A stretch of 20,000 nt of DNA. Source: an uncultured virus (IMG/VR IMGVR_UViG_3300035698_024194). Its lineage: Duplodnaviria > Heunggongvirae > Uroviricota > Caudoviricetes. The translations under genes and the position numbers were made by a program. Positions 17,296 through 20,000 of this stretch are shown piece after piece (position 1 is the stretch's first letter; every line of letters begins with the position of its first letter). Location of the stretch: IMG/VR virus record IMGVR_UViG_3300035698_024194; one strand, 5' to 3'. The notes under the pieces were generated by a model. The model was not told the origin of the DNA. It worked only from the letters and a program-made list of their open reading frames with translations, and ran no database searches.

Positions 17296-17386
17296 ATTAA
17301 AAATTCCTGATCAATCTTTCTTATGAATCTGGAACTCCTTAAATTTCCTTAGTTTTTATGTTCGTATAAGTAATATTTCATCTACC

Positions 17387-18106
17387 TTATTGTAATCTAC
17401 TTACAGCAAGAGCAATGCCAATACTGTCTGCGATGTCTTCGGAAATGCCTGTAATTGCTGTGATTTCTTTCCCCATTTTACCAAAAACTTTCTTACTATC
17501 TTTCTCAATATTCTTCAATGTCTTTTTCCTATTATCTATAATTCGCTTGAGGTTTTTCTCTTCAATTTCAGTATTTATTTTTTCTTTCTTTCCATGTTTT
17601 CTTAATTTATCTAGCTCTTGTTTTTTATATTTGATTTTATCTTTTAATTCAAATTGTAAATCAATCTCTTCTGTAATCAAATTATTAAAATTTTTTAATT
17701 GGTCTTCATTTATAAAATTAAATTTTTTCACTACTGCAAGAAGTGTTTGCCATTTCTGAGCATTCCCCTTAAGTTCTAATCCACAATTCTTTTTCCATTC
17801 CCCGACATTTATAATATGAATCACAGAATCACTATTACAATAACATCTTTGAATAATGACTCCGTTAATTCTTGCAAGAAGTGATAGCGTACGAACTCCT
17901 GAAGCAGATAGTAATGTATCCTCTATCCCAATTATATTAGGGGATGTATCTTTTACTATTTTATCAGTTTCATTAGCAATATGATCAAGACGCTCACCAA
18001 TTGTCATTTTATTAGTTGTTACAAAAGTACCATATTTGATTAACTTCCCATCTTCAATAAGTGACCAACCAGTAGTACTAGCTGGATCAAAAGCTAGAAC
18101 TTTCAT
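17387..18106 (-). CDS. ruvC: RuvC-like Holliday junction resolvase with coiled-coil insertion
   Basis: VLAFDPASTTGWS, IGIED, WKK...GNAQK, EDIADSIGIA. Confidence 0.88.
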   Translation of the reverse strand: MKVLAFDPASTTGWSLIEDGKLIKYGTFVTTNKMTIGERLDHIANETDKIVKDTSPNIIGIEDTLLSASGVRTLSLLARINGVIIQRCYCNSDSVIHIINVGEWKKNCGLELKGNAQKWQTLLAVVKKFNFINEDQLKNFNNLITEEIDLQFELKDKIKYKKQELDKLRKHGKKEKINTEIEEKNLKRIIDNRKKTLKNIEKDSKKVFGKMGKEITAITGISEDIADSIGIALAVSRLQ

Positions 18107-18498
18107 TTTATAATTTGTTTATTTAAATTTTCTATTTTATCATTAATTTTAGATAAAGAATTTTTATATTTATCTATTGCATCTGATTGTCTTTTAATTT
18201 GTTGATTTAAATCTTGTTTTTCTTTAAGAAATCTTTTAAAAATATCTTGTCGATTTCTTCCATCTTTTAAAGCTTTAAGATAATCTTCATGACTTATAAT
18301 ACTTTTTAAAGTTTTAATCCATGAATTTAGCCAATATTTGAGCAGCTTGGCTTTTTTTCTTAATTCCTTTCGAACTTTTTTTAATTTTATTATTTGTATC
18401 TTAGCGCTTTCACTAGATTTTAAATTAGCCCGATGAGTTTTTTGAAAAGCTTTAAATTTTGCAGTAAGGTTTTCTAATTGTAATTTAAGATTTTTCAT
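18103..18498 (-). CDS. Hypothetical basic coiled-coil protein (131 aa)
   Basis: Lys/Leu heptads; ATGA overlap with the RuvC-like gene. Confidence 0.7.
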   Translation of the reverse strand: MKNLKLQLENLTAKFKAFQKTHRANLKSSESAKIQIIKLKKVRKELRKKAKLLKYWLNSWIKTLKSIISHEDYLKALKDGRNRQDIFKRFLKEKQDLNQQIKRQSDAIDKYKNSLSKINDKIENLNKQIIK

Positions 18499-18503
18499 TT
18501 TAT

Positions 18504-19181
18504 TTACCTTTCAAACTTATCATCTAATATTTTAAGTGTAAAAGGAGGAATTACACCCTTTGGAGTTTGAATTGCTGCGTGGGGTACCTGATTAAAAAAA
18601 CCTTGAGGATCAGCACCTTTAAACCAACCATACCAATCAATATTTTTACCACAAAGTTTATTAACATGTTTACCTTCAATTTTCTTCCATCTTCTAGTAC
18701 CAGGAAAATTTACACCATATACATTGTAAGGATCATTTGAAGCACCCAATTTACTTAAAGATATTCTAATAGGGGTATGATCTTTTAAATACTCATCATA
18801 TTGTCCTGTACCTTCAGGTATCCTATTAAAAAAAGCATATGTAACTTTAGTATGCCCAGGATGCCACATTTTCAATAATTCTAAAACATTTCCCGGTGTA
18901 ACTCTATGAGGAGGTACTCCTAATTTCTTTTGAATTAATGGAGCATACCGTTTCATAAGAGATTCTTTCATTTTAGGATCATGTTGAACAAGTTGTTCCT
19001 GACTCATTAACCCATTTTTTTTAATACTATCTAACGCTGAATTTGGAGCGTAATGAATTAAAGTAGGTTTAGATATCACCATTCCGTCATCTGGTTGTCT
19101 TCCTTCAGGAGGAAGTGAAGTATCTTTTTCCTCTGTTCCTTCACGAAGCATATCAAGGTATTTATTTTTTATCCAAAGCAT
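18504..19181 (-). CDS. Hypothetical protein with ADP-ribosyltransferase-like (DarT/Tpt1-type) terminal motifs
   Basis: LIHYAPNSALDSIKKNGLMS near the N-terminus and GVIPPFTLKIL at the C-terminus; leader KYLDMLRE. Confidence 0.5.
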   Translation of the reverse strand: MLWIKNKYLDMLREGTEEKDTSLPPEGRQPDDGMVISKPTLIHYAPNSALDSIKKNGLMSQEQLVQHDPKMKESLMKRYAPLIQKKLGVPPHRVTPGNVLELLKMWHPGHTKVTYAFFNRIPEGTGQYDEYLKDHTPIRISLSKLGASNDPYNVYGVNFPGTRRWKKIEGKHVNKLCGKNIDWYGWFKGADPQGFFNQVPHAAIQTPKGVIPPFTLKILDDKFER

Positions 19182-19183
19182 GA

Positions 19184-19393
19184 TTATTTACCTTTATTTT
19201 TATATTTATAAATAGCTACCCCTGTACCTATTAATGCTAATGCTGCAGCTATTTTTTTCTTTTTAGATATAAGTTTTCTAGTTTCTTTAGTAGACTTATT
19301 TATTTCAGCAAGAGCATTATCTACTTTTTCTTTTTCGTCTTGTAATTTATCTTTTAAAATACTCTCTTTTAAATATGTTTGAATTGTTTTCAT
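19184..19393 (-). CDS. Small protein with T4-like capsid-targeting leader and C-terminal hydrophobic helix
   Basis: MKTIQTYLKE-S; IAAALALIGTGVAIYKYKNK. Confidence 0.7.
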   Translation of the reverse strand: MKTIQTYLKESILKDKLQDEKEKVDNALAEINKSTKETRKLISKKKKIAAALALIGTGVAIYKYKNKGK

Positions 19394-19398
19394 ATTAA

Positions 19399-20000
19399 TT
19401 AACCTTTATCAAAAATTATGAAAGGCGCACTTGCAGTTTCAAATTTATCAATTAATTTTTCCCACTCTGCTTCGCCTTCAGAATATAATGCATCTCCGTT
19501 TAATGGGATTTCTCCAAAAGGTGTAGTTACTTGAGTATAAGTCTTTCTTAATGCCCCTACCTGTTTCTTAAAGGAAGCAAGACACAAGTCCTTAAAATAG
19601 GTAGCAAGGTCAGGAGGAATTGTGCTTAAGTCTTCTAAATGTACTCGACTATAATATAAAGCCCCCTGTCCTCTCCATTGTGGAGTAATCTGAACTTGAT
19701 CGGGTGGATAATAATGGATAGTATAATTATATATACTAAACTGTTTTAAATTGTTTGATTGAAATGCGCCTAATAGCATTTCTTGTGGAATACTCCCATA
19801 ATTAAATGCTCCCATCAATGGATGTCCTGTCATCATTTCATTCCCTGCAGGGGGCACAAATTCATCAAGTGAAAGTATTTGTCTTCCATCGGGATCATGA
19901 ACATAAAACATATCCGGCCTATTAGGCACACGAATATTAGAAGAATTTCCATTCAAACTCATTGTCCGTTTATCCGGAAAATAAGTAGAAAATTTACCGA
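19399..20000 (-). CDS. Neck/head-completion protein, T4 gp13-like (5' end beyond window)
   Basis: C-terminus YFKDLCLASFKKQVGALRKTY...TPFGEIPLNGDALYSEGEAEWEKL parallels the gp13 C-terminal pattern. Frame is open upstream of 19962 (GKFSTYFPDKRT) to the window edge. Confidence 0.72.
   Translation of the reverse strand, partial: GKFSTYFPDKRTMSLNGNSSNIRVPNRPDMFYVHDPDGRQILSLDEFVPPAGNEMMTGHPLMGAFNYGSIPQEMLLGAFQSNNLKQFSIYNYTIHYYPPDQVQITPQWRGQGALYYSRVHLEDLSTIPPDLATYFKDLCLASFKKQVGALRKTYTQVTTPFGEIPLNGDALYSEGEAEWEKLIDKFETASAPFIIFDKG

Noticed and set aside
17242..17386. tRNA or structured ncRNA in the largest intergenic gap
   Set aside because: No cloverleaf, T-loop consensus or convincing stem found by eye; the region is very AT-rich.
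689..17759. All plus-strand ORFs in the track (e.g. 1458..1991, 2074..2469, 17415..17759)
   Set aside because: They lie antisense to well-supported minus-strand genes and show no recognisable motifs; the hydrophobic look of 1458..1991 mirrors Lys/Ala codons on the other strand.
1..20000. Alternative genetic code (TAG or TGA reassignment)
   Set aside because: Genes are full length in the standard code; TAG (2199) and TGA (4698, 4982, 18103) act as stops, the TGAs in ATGA overlaps.

Overview
AT-rich, densely coding segment of a large tailed-phage (myovirus/jumbo-phage-like) genome. About 29 genes all lie on the minus strand, many coupled by ATGA/TAATG overlaps, and they read normally in the standard genetic code. 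Recognisable products: a gp5/VgrG-like baseplate spike (runs off the left edge), a gp53-like LysM baseplate protein, a gp13-like neck protein (starts beyond the right edge), RecA/UvsX, RuvC, class III ribonucleotide reductase nrdD-nrdG, a stand-alone LigD 3'-phosphoesterase domain, a degenerate metallophosphoesterase and a GIY-YIG/NUMOD3 homing endonuclease. Most notable: (1) an actin-family ATPase resembling haloarchaeal volactin, with two in-frame SD-led starts; (2) a dispersed set of proteins with T4-like capsid-targeting/prohead-protease leaders (hydrophobic-x-E), several with Gly/Ala-rich helices ending in 'YK', including a tandem trio of Cys-patterned paralogs and an ADP-ribosyltransferase-like protein; (3) a GAACAAA..TAAA-like motif in or beside five larger intergenic gaps, a candidate phage-specific promoter. 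Family calls come from motif recognition by eye; no database searches were run.
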